Shown one piece after another: positions 30,790 to 48,503 of a stretch of DNA of 64,000 nucleotides. Position numbers and translations under genes: made by a program. Source of the stretch: the human T2T-CHM13v2.0 reference genome, Homo sapiens; assembly GCF_009914755.1 (NCBI RefSeq), contig NC_060926.1; one strand, given 5' to 3'. Every line of letters starts with the position of its first letter. Position 1 is the stretch's first letter. The notes under the pieces were generated by a model. That model was not told the origin of the DNA, ran no database searches, and saw only the letters and a list, made by a program, of their open reading frames with translations.

Positions 30790-31562
30790 GTAGGAGGTAG
30801 TCACCATCTGGAATCCAAACACAGGCTGGACAGCTGGGCCATAGGATCTCATGCCAGCCTGTCCTTCTGGCTTCCTCTGTCCCACGTGGCTGAGGGTATT
30901 TGGTGTGGGTTTTGTTCTACCCTTTCTCATTTCTCCCACACCTCCTCCCCATACCTTTTTTGGTTGATTCCTTTTATTTCTTGTTTTCTCCCTCAGCACC
31001 ACCATGCCCAGTGTAAAGCTTGTAGTCTTTAAAAGGAACTACATCTGACTGCTCTTCCCATAATGTGCAACTTCCAAGGTGGCATTTCTTTGCATTTATA
31101 ACATGGATGTTCTGCTCTATTCTTTTCTCTTTCTTCATTTAACATTTTAAAGCCTATTTGCCTTTGCCGTTACCCAGTAACATAATATTTCACTAAACCC
31201 ATTAAGATGCTTGAACTAGATTGGGGGAAAATCATTCACACATTCCAAAATATCTCCATAATAATTCATAATGCTTATTATGTATATTCTATATTTATTA
31301 AAACAATTTCTTCTCTAATGTAAAATGAATTCATTATTTTTAGCTATCTTATTTGATGCTTTAGTCTACTGGCTGAAAAATAATAGTGACCATATTCAAA
31401 AGATATTTGGTGTAAAAGGAGAAAGAGGTAAACATTACTAAAATCTAACATAGCAGCACATAAGAAATGCCTGTTTTTAAAATGGATGATGAGGTTTACT
31501 TTATTGGGTATAATTAAAAGCCAATTTAAATTATAGTCCTATCATGGGATTGTGTAAAAGTG

Positions 31563-31595
31563 AATAAATAAAAAATACATGAGTAAATAAATAAA
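31563..31595 (+). terminator. Cluster of AATAAA hexamers in intron 12; candidate intronic poly(A) signal
   Basis: aataaataaa at 31563 and aaataaataaa at ~31585, followed by a GT-rich tract (tgtgggattttgttatgttgt). Confidence 0.5.
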
Positions 31596-32533
31596 TGTGG
31601 GATTTTGTTATGTTGTAATAACTGAAAAATCATTATTATAAAGATGAAGCACTTTATTCCATGATTTTACCTGGAGTTTGTATTTTAAACATATAACTGT
31701 CTAAAGTGGAATTGTCTCCTTACTTAGATCTGAAATGCTTGCCTAAGTTTTGCGCACTCTATTTCGAGCCTAAGAATATGATCAGAAAACAGAAGCTTTT
31801 GAACCAAACATTTATACTAAAATGATTTGATACAAGTTTATATTTCTCCAACAAATTTCTCATAGTTGTCAGTATTAGCTATTATCAAGATGTGGTAAAA
31901 TGGTACTTAAGAGTTATAGTAATAAAAAGGAATATGTTATTTAAAAATAAGTAGAGAAGGTGTGTTAATGAGACTTGACTAGCATTGAACATGAGTAAGA
32001 TAGACATCTTTATGGAAATCCTCAAAACAGAAATTGGAAAAATGATGGAGAATATTTGGGTGAGTATGAAAGGAGGGAAAAGCAGATATGACACTTGTGT
32101 GAGAATTAACTATAGATGGTGGTCACTTGGAGGATATTATGAAGGTTTTGAATATAAACTTACAGATGTGGGTCAGGGGCACACAGATGATGAACATCTG
32201 TTCTCTGGACACATCTGTTGGCAATCACATTTTGCTGTAAGCAGAATGTGAAGTATACTTTTGACTTGGTGATGATTTCATCTCTTGGAATGTTAAAGAA
32301 GTTTTGAAAATCTTGAAGAAAGTGACCTGTCATCATAGAATTTGTAATAGGGAAGGATAGACTGCTGAGCACAGTCAGATACTTACTTTTGAAAACCTAA
32401 CTTGAGAACATTCGGAGTGGAATGGAACAGGAGGCTCCAAAAATGACATTGTTATGGTGCAACCCCAGATTGTATCTCCAAGGAAATTGACAGGAGAAGC
32501 ACCTGCAGTTGACAAAAATATGACCCCTTTTGA

Positions 32534-32856
<323 letters not shown>

Positions 32857-32899
32857 CCTCAATCCTTTAAAAAGATTATCTATCAAAGTTGTAAGTGGC

Positions 32900-35645
<2,746 letters not shown>

Positions 35646-38015
35646 AAATCTAGATCTAGAATTAAAAAGAAATTATAATCCTTTAGCCTACTCAGTGAGA
35701 ATATTACAGAGGAGGTTCCAGCATTAGGAAGAAGATAATTATTAAATTGACCTCTTAGGTCATTTGCAGTCTTATAATTTGAAGACTTTAAAAGTCTCTT
35801 AATAAATATTACTGGCTTTCACAGTTCTCTCTTAGTTTTTAACATACTAACGAGTTATTCTTTTTACATTTTTTCTTGTGAAGTTGAAGCGTAATAGTTT
35901 GCTGAGTGTTATAGTCAAGATGAACACTGATTATCAGAAAATAAAGATTTCCAGGGAGACTGGTAGTTACGTGAAAAAATAATAGAATTCTTTTGCCTCT
36001 GGTTTTCATTCCCTTTGTATAAATACAAATGGGAATGGTTTTTATCTTTACATTGAAATTAAAGGTAGTACTTATTAAATATTTTCTTATGGATTGTCCT
36101 ATATTGTTTCAGGCTGAGGAAAATTGGATTTATAAAATTGGTTGAAATATCTGTACTTTAAAAAATACTACTTATGCTTTCTGTCTGAAGTGAGAAAACC
36201 CTATTTTCAGAAGCTCGTAAAACTGGCTTAATTTTTCATTATTGGTCTTGGAGAATTGTACAGTTAAAATATATTTTATTATGTATTACAAGCAGGATTC
36301 TGAACTATTCTTGGAAAGTTAGCAAGTAAAACCTAGAGAAGAAGGTGAAAATCACGGCTTCCGTAAATCTCTAGATGTAGTTTTCCGTGTATAGGAAAAC
36401 ATGGGATAGAGGAGCAAGTTAAACACACCATGAGAAAACAATGGATTGTACTCCGAATGTGGGACATTGCACAGAACATTTGACCTGGGTTCTTTTAAAT
36501 TCATGTTATGAAAAGAAAAAAAGACAGGAGATCTGTTCTAGATTAAAAGAGAATGAAGAGATACAGGAACCAAATGCCATGTGTGAACTTGATTGCATCG
36601 AGGCTTAAGAAGAAAAACTGTGGATTAAAAACATTTTGGAGACAGTTGGATAAACTTGAGTATGGGCTAATTCTGTGCTATTAAGACATTGTTAATTTTC
36701 TCAAATATGTAAATAATTTTGTGGCTATAGAGAAGAATACCTTTATTTTTATGAGAGTTGTGCTGATGTCCTAGTGGTAAAGTGTCATGATGTGTGTAAC
36801 TTTGAATGATCGGGGGGAAGAAACATACACATATATGGCAAATCCTTAACAATTGTTGAACTCAGGTGGATGGTATACAGCATTTTCTGTAGGTTTGAAT
36901 TTTTTTCATAACTAAATGGGGAAAATCCACCATTTCTGGAGTCTCATATAGATACAATTAAGCTTTAGTGTGAGAAGGCTGGTAAAGAACAATACATTAA
37001 TTGAACTAATAGGATTTGGTGTTACTCATTCCTGTGAGGGAAGAGTAGAAATAAAGTGTAACATCTATCTTGCCCACATACTCGATTTTATTGTATTTGG
37101 CATAGTGCACTTGAACTTTCTAAATAAAATATTTTCTTTGTTTCCTGGTTGGAAGGATGAGCATATTGGCTTATAAACATAGTAACTTTTAAAGCCCAGT
37201 TGTTTATAAATGTACTTGGAGAAAATTTTGTGGAGATCCTTTACCGTAAAGGAGTTTACATGCATCATGTTTTAATTTGCATAGTGGAAAGAACCTCATT
37301 TGAGCTATGCTTGGTCACAGACCTAGAGAAAGTTCACGGGGAAGTAAAGAGTAAGTTTCACTTGTAAGAAAAGTATTTAATATATTAAAAGCATTCAGAG
37401 TGTGTTCAGTTAATGTCTAGCAAAAATTTGGCAGTGTTTGATATAATTTTTGAAAAACAAAAACACTTATTTGGAACTAATACAAATACTGATGAGTTTT
37501 ATCTTTATTCCTGCCAATGTCACTTCTGTATTAATTTGTTTTATAGCTTATATTCTGAAATTTGAAAAAAGTTTATATTGTTTTATCAGGTGGGTTCTGT
37601 ATGAACTGCTTTGTGCATAGGCAAAGTGATTATTTGTTAAATCATCAAGTTACATGTGAAAAGAACTGTAATCTTTTAGGATGGTCGTACAAGTATCTGA
37701 AGATTTAATTTTCATAAACCGGTTGGTTTTGGTAAGAGAAAAACATTTCTCTATCTGACATTTGAATTAAGGAGAATTGTTTTCACGGCTCTATTGTGTT
37801 ATTAATGCAAGTCTGCTTAAGTTTAGTATGAAGTGCATAGAACAAGTATAAAGAGGCATTTTGACCCAAAGCTTTCTTGAATTTGCCGGGCAGTGATGGG
37901 TTTAGTATGAGTAATATTTTGTGTGTGGGCGTATTCTCTATATAATTATGCTGACATGTTATAGTCATATGTCTCTACTTTTGTTCCTCCTCTCTGTTGT
38001 CTCCCTGGTATGCAG

Positions 38016-38075
38016 AGTATTTGATTTCTGACACTGGAGGACAACAGCTCTCAATAAGTGACGCTTTCATCAAAG
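38016..38075 (+). CDS. PIKFYVE: PIKfyve exon 13 (EYLISDTGGQQLSISDAFIK)
   Basis: tgcag acceptor; G|gtaatt; 60 nt, phase 1-1. Confidence 0.95.
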
Positions 38076-39296
38076 GTAATTTTATAAAAAGCTGTATGTG
38101 GAATGGTGTCTCTTTTTTTCATGAGGATATACTTAGGGCTTAGCACATTGATTAGCACAGAGAAGGTGCTGAAAATATATTTGATTATGGTGGTATCATG
38201 GGAACACAGTTTTTAATATATATAATGATTTAGAGAATGTTGAGAACCAAGAATGTAAACTTGGACTTGGTTTGCGAGAAGGAGGTCTCTGATGTGAAAA
38301 GTAATTGTTTAAAAACTTTTAAGTAGAATTTGAACTTAATTCTTTTAAAGACATAGTTTACACTTAACTGTATTGTGAATATAATATTAAGTATTGATAT
38401 AAATATCATCAAGGATTGTCAAATTTGTCAAAAAGCCCACAGGCAGATCTCCAGTTAAGGATGCTGCTTGCCCTGTGGAGTGAGGAAGAGAAGCAGGCAG
38501 TAGAGGTTAAAGAACTAACTCTGATGATAAATTTCTTTTGGACACAAAAGGAGAATAGAAAAGTATTAGCCTTCTCCTATTCCTTCCCTACTTAGCTTAG
38601 CTTAGCTTCCTAGAGTAAAGACATTCTTAGTCCATAGTACTCCACTGGTTAGGCCTCAGATAATGGGAGAAAATTTCTCTTCCTTCTTGGCTCCCACGGT
38701 TTCAGATCAAAGAGAGAAGGCAAGCGGGTACAAGGAGCCACTGCAGCTTATCTGATAGCTTGGCAGTGCTTCTAAATTCATCTCCAAGCATCTGGTTCGG
38801 CTAGAAGTTTACAGAGTGGCCCTTTATGTAATTGAAATGTGCAATTCTTGTACTTCACATGTCATGGACATATACTTTACTGTGTAATCTGCTGGGCTGT
38901 TTGGTGGAAGTTTTTTTGTTTGTTTGTTTTGCTTTTAAGAGGGGACAGGTTAGAGAATTTTTGTAAGCATTTCCCACTTCTTTTCTTTCCACTTATTTGG
39001 TCAGATTATTCAACAGTTATTTAGTGAACATATTTTTTTGTTAAGCATTTATTATTTATTTTTTGTCTTATCTATTTTCATTCATCCTTTAAAAAATTTA
39101 AAGATTTTACACAAATTCTACATAAATGCTATTTATTATGTTTTAATATTTATGTTTTTGAGTCTGTCTTGCTAAAATTTTGTTAAAAAACCCCTGTGCC
39201 AATATTGAAAGAGAAACACTATTGAGGATTGTCTGAATAGACTTTCTACACTGTCATCTGTTGTTTTGTGATATCTGAGCTGAGCTTCTTTCTTGA

Positions 39297-39680
<384 letters not shown>

Positions 39681-40084
39681 TGATTTTAAAGGGGAAATTA
39701 ACACCCTCGTTTTTAAAAATTAAAAGGAGAAGCAAAAGTTTCATTTTATTTGCTTTTCAGAAGCTGTGCTTATAATTATTGGCTTGAGAGTCTTAGTTAC
39801 GTACATTTGATTTTCACAGTTCTGTTTCTGATTTTGGCTGTTGCCAATTACTGCTCTTCTTAATTCTTGCATTTCTGTATTTTTAGTGTATTTTATGTAT
39901 TTGTAAGTATTTTCTTATGCATTTTATTTATATGTTTATTACATGTTCTTGCCTTTTTACACCAATAATTTATGTTGGCTAACTTAAAACATTTATAAAG
40001 ACAAAGGGCAATTTCTAAATATATGAGTAGATGGTATAAAACAGGACAATGAAGTAATAACTTCTTATTTTATATTGTACTTAG

Positions 40085-40214
40085 AATCCTTATTTAATCG
40101 CCGAGTAGAGGAAAAATCCAAAGAGCTGCCTTTCACACCTTTGGGCTGGCATCATAACAACCTGGAGCTCCTGAGGGAGGAGAATGGGGAGAAACAAGCC
40201 ATGGAGAGGTTGCT
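40085..40214 (+). CDS. PIKFYVE: PIKfyve exon 14 (ESLFNRRVEEKSKELPFTPLGWHHNN...MERLL)
   Basis: cttag acceptor; CT|gtaagg; 130 nt. Confidence 0.95.
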
Positions 40215-40407
40215 GTAAGGCAATGAAATTTTTAATTTTAATTTTTCACTTTTATTATCTTCAGTGACTTGATAAGCATATGCATCATTCCTCTTAAAAA
40301 GGGAGGTCTTTTTCTTTTTCCTTAGAAAGTAAAAAAATACTAAGGTTACTTAGGAAATACAGTCTATTTTGACTTGTGATTAAATTTCTTATAAAACCAA
40401 GAGCCCC

Positions 40408-40701
40408 GGCTGGGTGCAGTGGCTCACGCCTGTAATCCCAGCACTTTGGGAGGCTGAGGCGGGAGGATCACAAGCTCAGAAGGTTGAGACCAGCCTGGCC
40501 AACATGGTAAAACCCCGTCTCTACTAATAATACAAAAATTAGCCAGGCGTGGTGGCGCTGGCCTGTAATCCCAACTACTCAGAGGCTGAGACAGGAGGAT
40601 TGCTTGAACTCAAGAGGCGGAGGTTGCAGTGAGCTGAGATCGCGCCACTGCACTCCAACCTAGGCAACAGAGCAAGACTTCGTCTCAGAGAAAAAAAAAA
40701 A
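40408..40701 (+). mobile_element. Alu (AluS-like)
   Basis: Sense Alu; TSD-like aaaaccaagagcccc / aaaacaaaagcccc. Confidence 0.92.
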
Positions 40702-40980
40702 CAAAAGCCCCAAACTGTGCTTGTCTGTCCCCATTTTACGTGTTAAAATTTCATTTCAGTCAATTGCAGGGGACTTCTTAGTGGAAGATATTCAGGTTTC
40801 ATTTATATGCAAAATCCTTAAGGTACAGATATAATGAAAGAATGATATTGACCTAGAAAATCTTATCTGTGAGCCGTAATTGAAATGTTTATTTCTTTGT
40901 AGGCTGTTTGTTTTATCATCAGAATTATTGTCTCTGGCAGTATTAACTATGCAAACTTCTTTCTTATAATATTTTTGTAG

Positions 40981-41161
40981 TTCAGCTAATCATAACCACA
41001 TGATGGCACTACTCCAGCAGTTGCTCCATAGTGACTCACTGTCATCATCTTGGAGGGACATCATCGTGTCATTGGTCTGCCAGGTTGTTCAGACAGTCCG
41101 ACCTGATGTCAAGAACCAGGATGATGACATGGATATCCGTCAGTTTGTCCACATCAAAAAA
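40981..41161 (+). CDS. PIKFYVE: PIKfyve exon 15, CCT/TCP-1-like domain (SANHNHMMALLQQLL...DMDIRQFVHIKK)
   Basis: ttgtag acceptor; AAA|gtgagc; Fab1-family DMDIRxxVHIKK; 181 nt. Confidence 0.97.
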
Positions 41162-41523
41162 GTGAGCTCTGCTAATGTTTTACTAATGCTAGGAACTGAT
41201 GAGGCAGGACTGATTGTAATTTTTGTCTTAATGGTAATCTGAAAAGAGTCATTACCCTGAGGGGTGCTAGGTGAGGAGTAGGAGGTTTTGCTGTCTGCTT
41301 TGTTTGTTAGCAGCGCACTTAGGAGTCATGGAAGCCACGCATAGGAAGTGAAAGGTCAATGGAAAGGATGAGTTATATCGGAGATGAGTTGGGAACCCAA
41401 ACAGAGATAGGTTCTTCCTTTCTTGCTTCCTCTTCTTGACAAGTCAGCTATGAGAAAGCCTGTTCTCACAGATTGTGATCACTGTTTGGAGGAAAAGCAG
41501 TGGGTAATTTGCTTTATTTAGAT

Positions 41524-43329
<1,806 letters not shown>

Positions 43330-43660
43330 ATTTAGATAGTAATGGAGTCCTGTGTGTGCTTTTTCCCTATGATATTTAACTTAAACAATAGTGTTAACTG
43401 CCACATGGCACTAGTTTATTCAGTCAGTGAGTACTTTAGAGTCCTAGGGTAGTACATTAGAGAACAGGGGATGGGAAAACAGAGTCATGCAGAGATGCCA
43501 TTGATCGTTGGTTGAAAGGAAGTATTATTTCCTGAAATTTTTTGTTCTTATTTGATTACATAATAGTTTAAAAAAAATGGAAAGAAATAATAGCGTACAT
43601 CTAACTAGATTCTAAGCATGTTATCATTGAATTTTATTGTTTTCTTAATTGTTCCATTAG

Positions 43661-43735
43661 ATCCCAGGTGGAAAGAAGTTTGATTCTGTGGTTGTCAATG
43701 GCTTTGTTTGTACCAAGAACATTGCACATAAAAAG
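43661..43735 (+). CDS. PIKFYVE: PIKfyve exon 16 (IPGGKKFDSVVVNGFVCTKNIAHKK)
   Basis: cattag acceptor; AAG|gtaatg; chaperonin-like IPGG..DS..G; 75 nt. Confidence 0.97.
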
Positions 43736-44480
43736 GTAATGTGATTCAGTTCAGCAGTGAAGTTCAGCAAACCATGGCTGTGTGCTTAGGTAACAAGTTG
43801 GGGCACCTTAGTTATGGAAGAAATGGACAATGGACAATGAAAGGCAGCTGTGTCTGCCATAGGGGTGAAATTTGGTTGGTTCAGGGAAGATTTCCCAGAG
43901 CTGAGGATGAATGGATTGGAATTTGAATAATGGGAATTCACCAGACAGAAGGAGGAAGGGGAGAGGATCAGGCTTCTAGATTAACAGAATGATAAGATAC
44001 TGGCATTATTTATCTCCTGATCCTGTTACGTCTTAGGGAGACAGGGTTTCTCTAGTAGGCTGGAGTCCTTCCAGAGGCTTAGCATTCTAAAACTGATAGC
44101 TCTTCTAGTGCTCGGCTACAGAACTGTCAGTCCTCTTCTGTTATCCTTCTCACCTTATATCTTTGTAGCACTAGCACAAAGGAGTGGAGTGAGATAACCT
44201 GGGGTATTAAGGAGACTCTGAGTTCCTAAGGTGTAATATGGGCAATGTAGATGAAGCTGGAGGAAGCAGGCAAGGGCTTTGTATGTCATTAAAGGTCTTG
44301 AACTTTATTCTGAAATCTTTTGATTCTCAGTGTAGTGTACATACATTGAGATCACATGTGGACCTTTTAAAAATGTCTCTTCTTAACCTAACCCCTAGAA
44401 ATTCTCATTCAGTAGGTTAAGGGCAATGGGAGTGTATGGATGTTAGGGAAATGGTGGTACTGTATTTAAAGTAGGCACTA

Positions 44481-44792
<312 letters not shown>

Positions 44793-46047
44793 TCATTTGT
44801 TGGTCCTTGCATTTTGAGATACCATTTATCTATAGTAGTGTTCTCAAACCTTGCTGTGCTTCAGAATCACCAGCGGAAACATTCAAAACAGAGATACCCT
44901 GGCCCCACTTCTGGGGATACTGATTTTGTTACAGCAAGAGCTGAGGCAGATTTCTAGCCTGAGCAACCAGATGGATGAACTCTAGTCTTGTTTTCACTTT
45001 TTTTCTAAGTTGAGCTTAATATAGTTTTTTCTAAGGCATTAAGATTCCTGAAAATTATTAGTGACCATAGATAAATAAAAATATACTTGGCTTGAGTTTT
45101 GTACTTATCGCGTATTTTATTGCAATAATTCGACATCAGTCAATATTTCTACACAGAGTCTTACTAAAACCACACATTACCCTTTAAAGGAGAACTTTAA
45201 ACCAAATTAAATGATATTTGTTGAATTAAGAGGTAAATATGTTGTGCCTTCTCAGAAAGTGAGGAAAATTTGTATGTGGGTGTGGTGGAAACATATGCAT
45301 GAATGACTGTCTTGCCCCACTGATTAGAGATAGTCCTTGATTTGTAGTTGCTAAAAAGAGTCCTGAATTGAGTTTCCCAGCTGGTGAGTCACTGTTTTCG
45401 GAACTGTTTGCCAGTTTGGGGTCCATAAACTTGGTCAGCCTGAAACCTCAATTGCTATTCTGCCTGTGGCTTTAAGCACACGGTTAGGGTATATTATTTG
45501 GGTCTCTGCTTCTTGAGATGCTTTCAGATTTTCTTTTTGAACTTCATGTTTCCTATTTCAGCTTGCCACCTTAATGATTGTTTGGAAATTTATTCTATTA
45601 GCAATATGTTCAGGAGGCATTTTAATTCTTTTCTCCCTCTTCTCCTCTTCAATTTTAGACAGACTAAAATATGCTTTTAAAGTTGCTTATTTCTTGGAGT
45701 TTGTGAAGTAACCTGTCATTAAATACTGCTCCCTCCGTGCACACTCAGGGCATGATGTCTCTTCTTACAACATCAGAAATAAAAAAAAAAGTTAAAGAGT
45801 ATAGAAGATCAAAGTAGTATTAAGAAAGAAAAGCCATTTTTTGAAGAATTTTGCATTGTTCTGAACATATTATTTGCTTTGAAAAAATTTAATACCGTAA
45901 AAGAACTAAATGAGAGTATATTAATACTAATATGAGATACATTAAGTTAGTAGGAATTATGAACAATATAGATTTAAAGTTATAATTAAAGGAGGGCTGT
46001 AAAATGCAAACCTTTAAACACTTTAACAAACTGTTCATTTTTTGTAG

Positions 46048-46155
46048 ATGAATTCTTGTATTAAAAACCCTAAAATTCTTCTGTTGAAGTGTTCCATTGA
46101 GTATCTCTACAGAGAAGAAACTAAGTTTACTTGCATTGATCCTATTGTGCTTCAG
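46048..46155 (+). CDS. PIKFYVE: PIKfyve exon 17 (MNSCIKNPKILLLKCSIEY...DPIVLQ)
   Basis: ttgtag acceptor; CAG|gtaaga; 108 nt. Confidence 0.97.
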
Positions 46156-47348
46156 GTAAGAATTTACTACTGAAAATAATAATTTAGAGGGATGTTTGTG
46201 TACCATGATGCTTATAAACTCTTAATGATTTTGACTTAATTCTAGCTAATTAAATTGGATAGGCAAACTTGATAGCTTACCAAAACCTCTGTCACTCATT
46301 ATTTTTAAAGTTTCATAGTATTAAAGGTAACATGTGACTGTTCAAGGATATAAGGAAGAAAAAGTGAAAATCCAAATACTAATTTCCCTTTCCCACTTAA
46401 TCCACTGATTTACTGTGGGAATTTCTTGAACTTACCAGATTTCTAATGGAATCTCTGGTTTGTAATACAGTCTATGCTACTAAAACATATTTCTAGAACA
46501 TCAATTAGCTTATATGTAGTTGGCAAACAGAATAATGTCAGATGAAAGTTGTGTTGGTTTCTCAGTGGTTTTTCCTAAGCAAGGAGGCCCAGAATAGCTG
46601 CATTAGGTTATAACCCTCAGCTGGAAAGGAAAACAGTCTCAGCTCAGCTGCTACACAGGCAGAAACCCTTCCAGCTCTATTTTAAGAAAGTAAAAGTGAG
46701 CTTTTGCTTGCAGGGCTCTCTCCCCAGGGAGGCACACCCGCATCTTTGTGTGGTTCTTGGTAGCTTTGCTGCTCAGAGCTCCATTTCTAGTTGTAGCGTT
46801 GCAATAGTTTTTGTGCATTTAATTTTACTTGAGGCAGCCTCATGCCATATGAAGCTCTCTGCCTGGGCTCTCCATGATTCCTCTTAAGGTACCAATTATT
46901 ATTTTTATTAGTGCTGAAGGTATAAAGTTGCATAGGTTTTAAGTTTTCTGCTCCAACTCCTTTTCTCCCATAAATACTGTTAATTTTACTTTGTGGTCAT
47001 TCAAAGTGGAAGCTTTTAGGGAATGTGTATATTATATTATAGTGGAAACACTTATGCTGGGTTCCAGAAACATTTAGGAAAAGCATTACTTGAAAATTCC
47101 TAGGTAAATACATTTTTTTCAAGAGTGGTAGGAGCAATCACTTTTGTACTGATTTCCTAGATAACAATAAGAGAAAATGAGTTGTAGTAAAAGGGACAGT
47201 GCTTTATAAAACTCTGCTGTTATTACTTAAGAACTCTGTGACCTGGGGCTGTTTTCTCTTTGGAATTCAGCTGTGCTATCAGTAAAAATGATGGGTTTTG
47301 ACTAGACATTTTAGTAGAGAACTCTAAAGAAATAAAGGGAAATACTTC

Positions 47349-47355
47349 TTTTTTC

Positions 47356-47394
<39 letters not shown>

Positions 47395-47664
47395 AGACGA
47401 AGTCTCGCTCTTGTCCCCCAGGCTGGAGCGCAATGGTGCAATCTTGGCTCACTGAAACCCCCGCCTCCCAGGTTCAAGCTATTCTCCTGCCTCAGCCTCT
47501 CGAGTAGCTGGGATTACAGGTGCCTGCCACCATGCCTGGCTAATTTTTGTATTTTTTTAGTAGAGACGGGGTTTCATCATGTTGGCCAGGCTGGTCTTGA
47601 GCTCCAGATGTCAGGTGATCCGCCCGAGGCGTCCCAAAATGCTGGGATTACAGGCGTGAGCCAC
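47349..47664 (-). mobile_element. Alu (AluS-like)
   Basis: Antisense Alu with (CTTTT)n tail. Confidence 0.9.
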
Positions 47665-47898
47665 AATATTCATTTCTTTTGAAATTAAGCCTTTGTGATA
47701 AAATTCTATTAGCATTATGTTTGAGATCTTTAACTGTAGCTGTTCTAGGTATTATATGATCTGTTGGGAAATTGGAATTAGGAAGTAGCTGAAATAGCAT
47801 CTGTTAGAGTTATTTATTCAGAGATCCAGAAAAAGGGATAACTCATGTTGGTTTCAGAATGTAGAGGAGAGAATTCATAACCATACTAAAACAACTTA

Positions 47899-48198
47899 GG
47901 GATGGGCATAGTGGCTGACACTTGTGATTACACTTTTGGAGCTGAAGGCAGGAGGATTGCTTGAGGCCAGGAGTTCAAGACCAGCCTGGGTAACATAGTG
48001 AGACTCTGTTTCTACAAAAAATAGAAAAAATTAGGCAGGCATGGTGATGTGTGCCTGTAGTCCTAGAAGGGTGAAGCAGGAGGATTGCTTGAGCCCAGGA
48101 CTTTGAGGTCACAGTGAGCTATGACGGCACCTCTGCACTCCAGCCTGGGTAACAGAATGAGACCCTGTCTCTTAAAAAAAAAAAAAAAAAAAAAAAAA
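47899..48198 (+). mobile_element. Alu (AluJ-like)
   Basis: Sense Alu with poly(A); aactta flanks. Confidence 0.88.
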
Positions 48199-48503
48199 CT
48201 TAGAAATTGCTTTTATTTTGGGAGTTGTGAGGTTAGGTTTTTTTGTTGTTCTTGTTTTTTTTTAACCTCTGAACTAGCTAATTGGATTCTTGGCTTTTAA
48301 ATTAAGAATTGAAAATCTTTCAAGGAAAGTTAGTTGGAGAATGGAATTTCTCCTGAAACTCTTGTCAGCATAATCAAGTTTAGAATGATGAATGAGATTC
48401 TTACTGTGTTTGCATTAATTTGCTTACAGACTTATTTGTGGATGAAGAAAATTTAGTCTAAGATTGATAATAGTCAAGCTATCTTGATATATATATATAT
48501 ATA

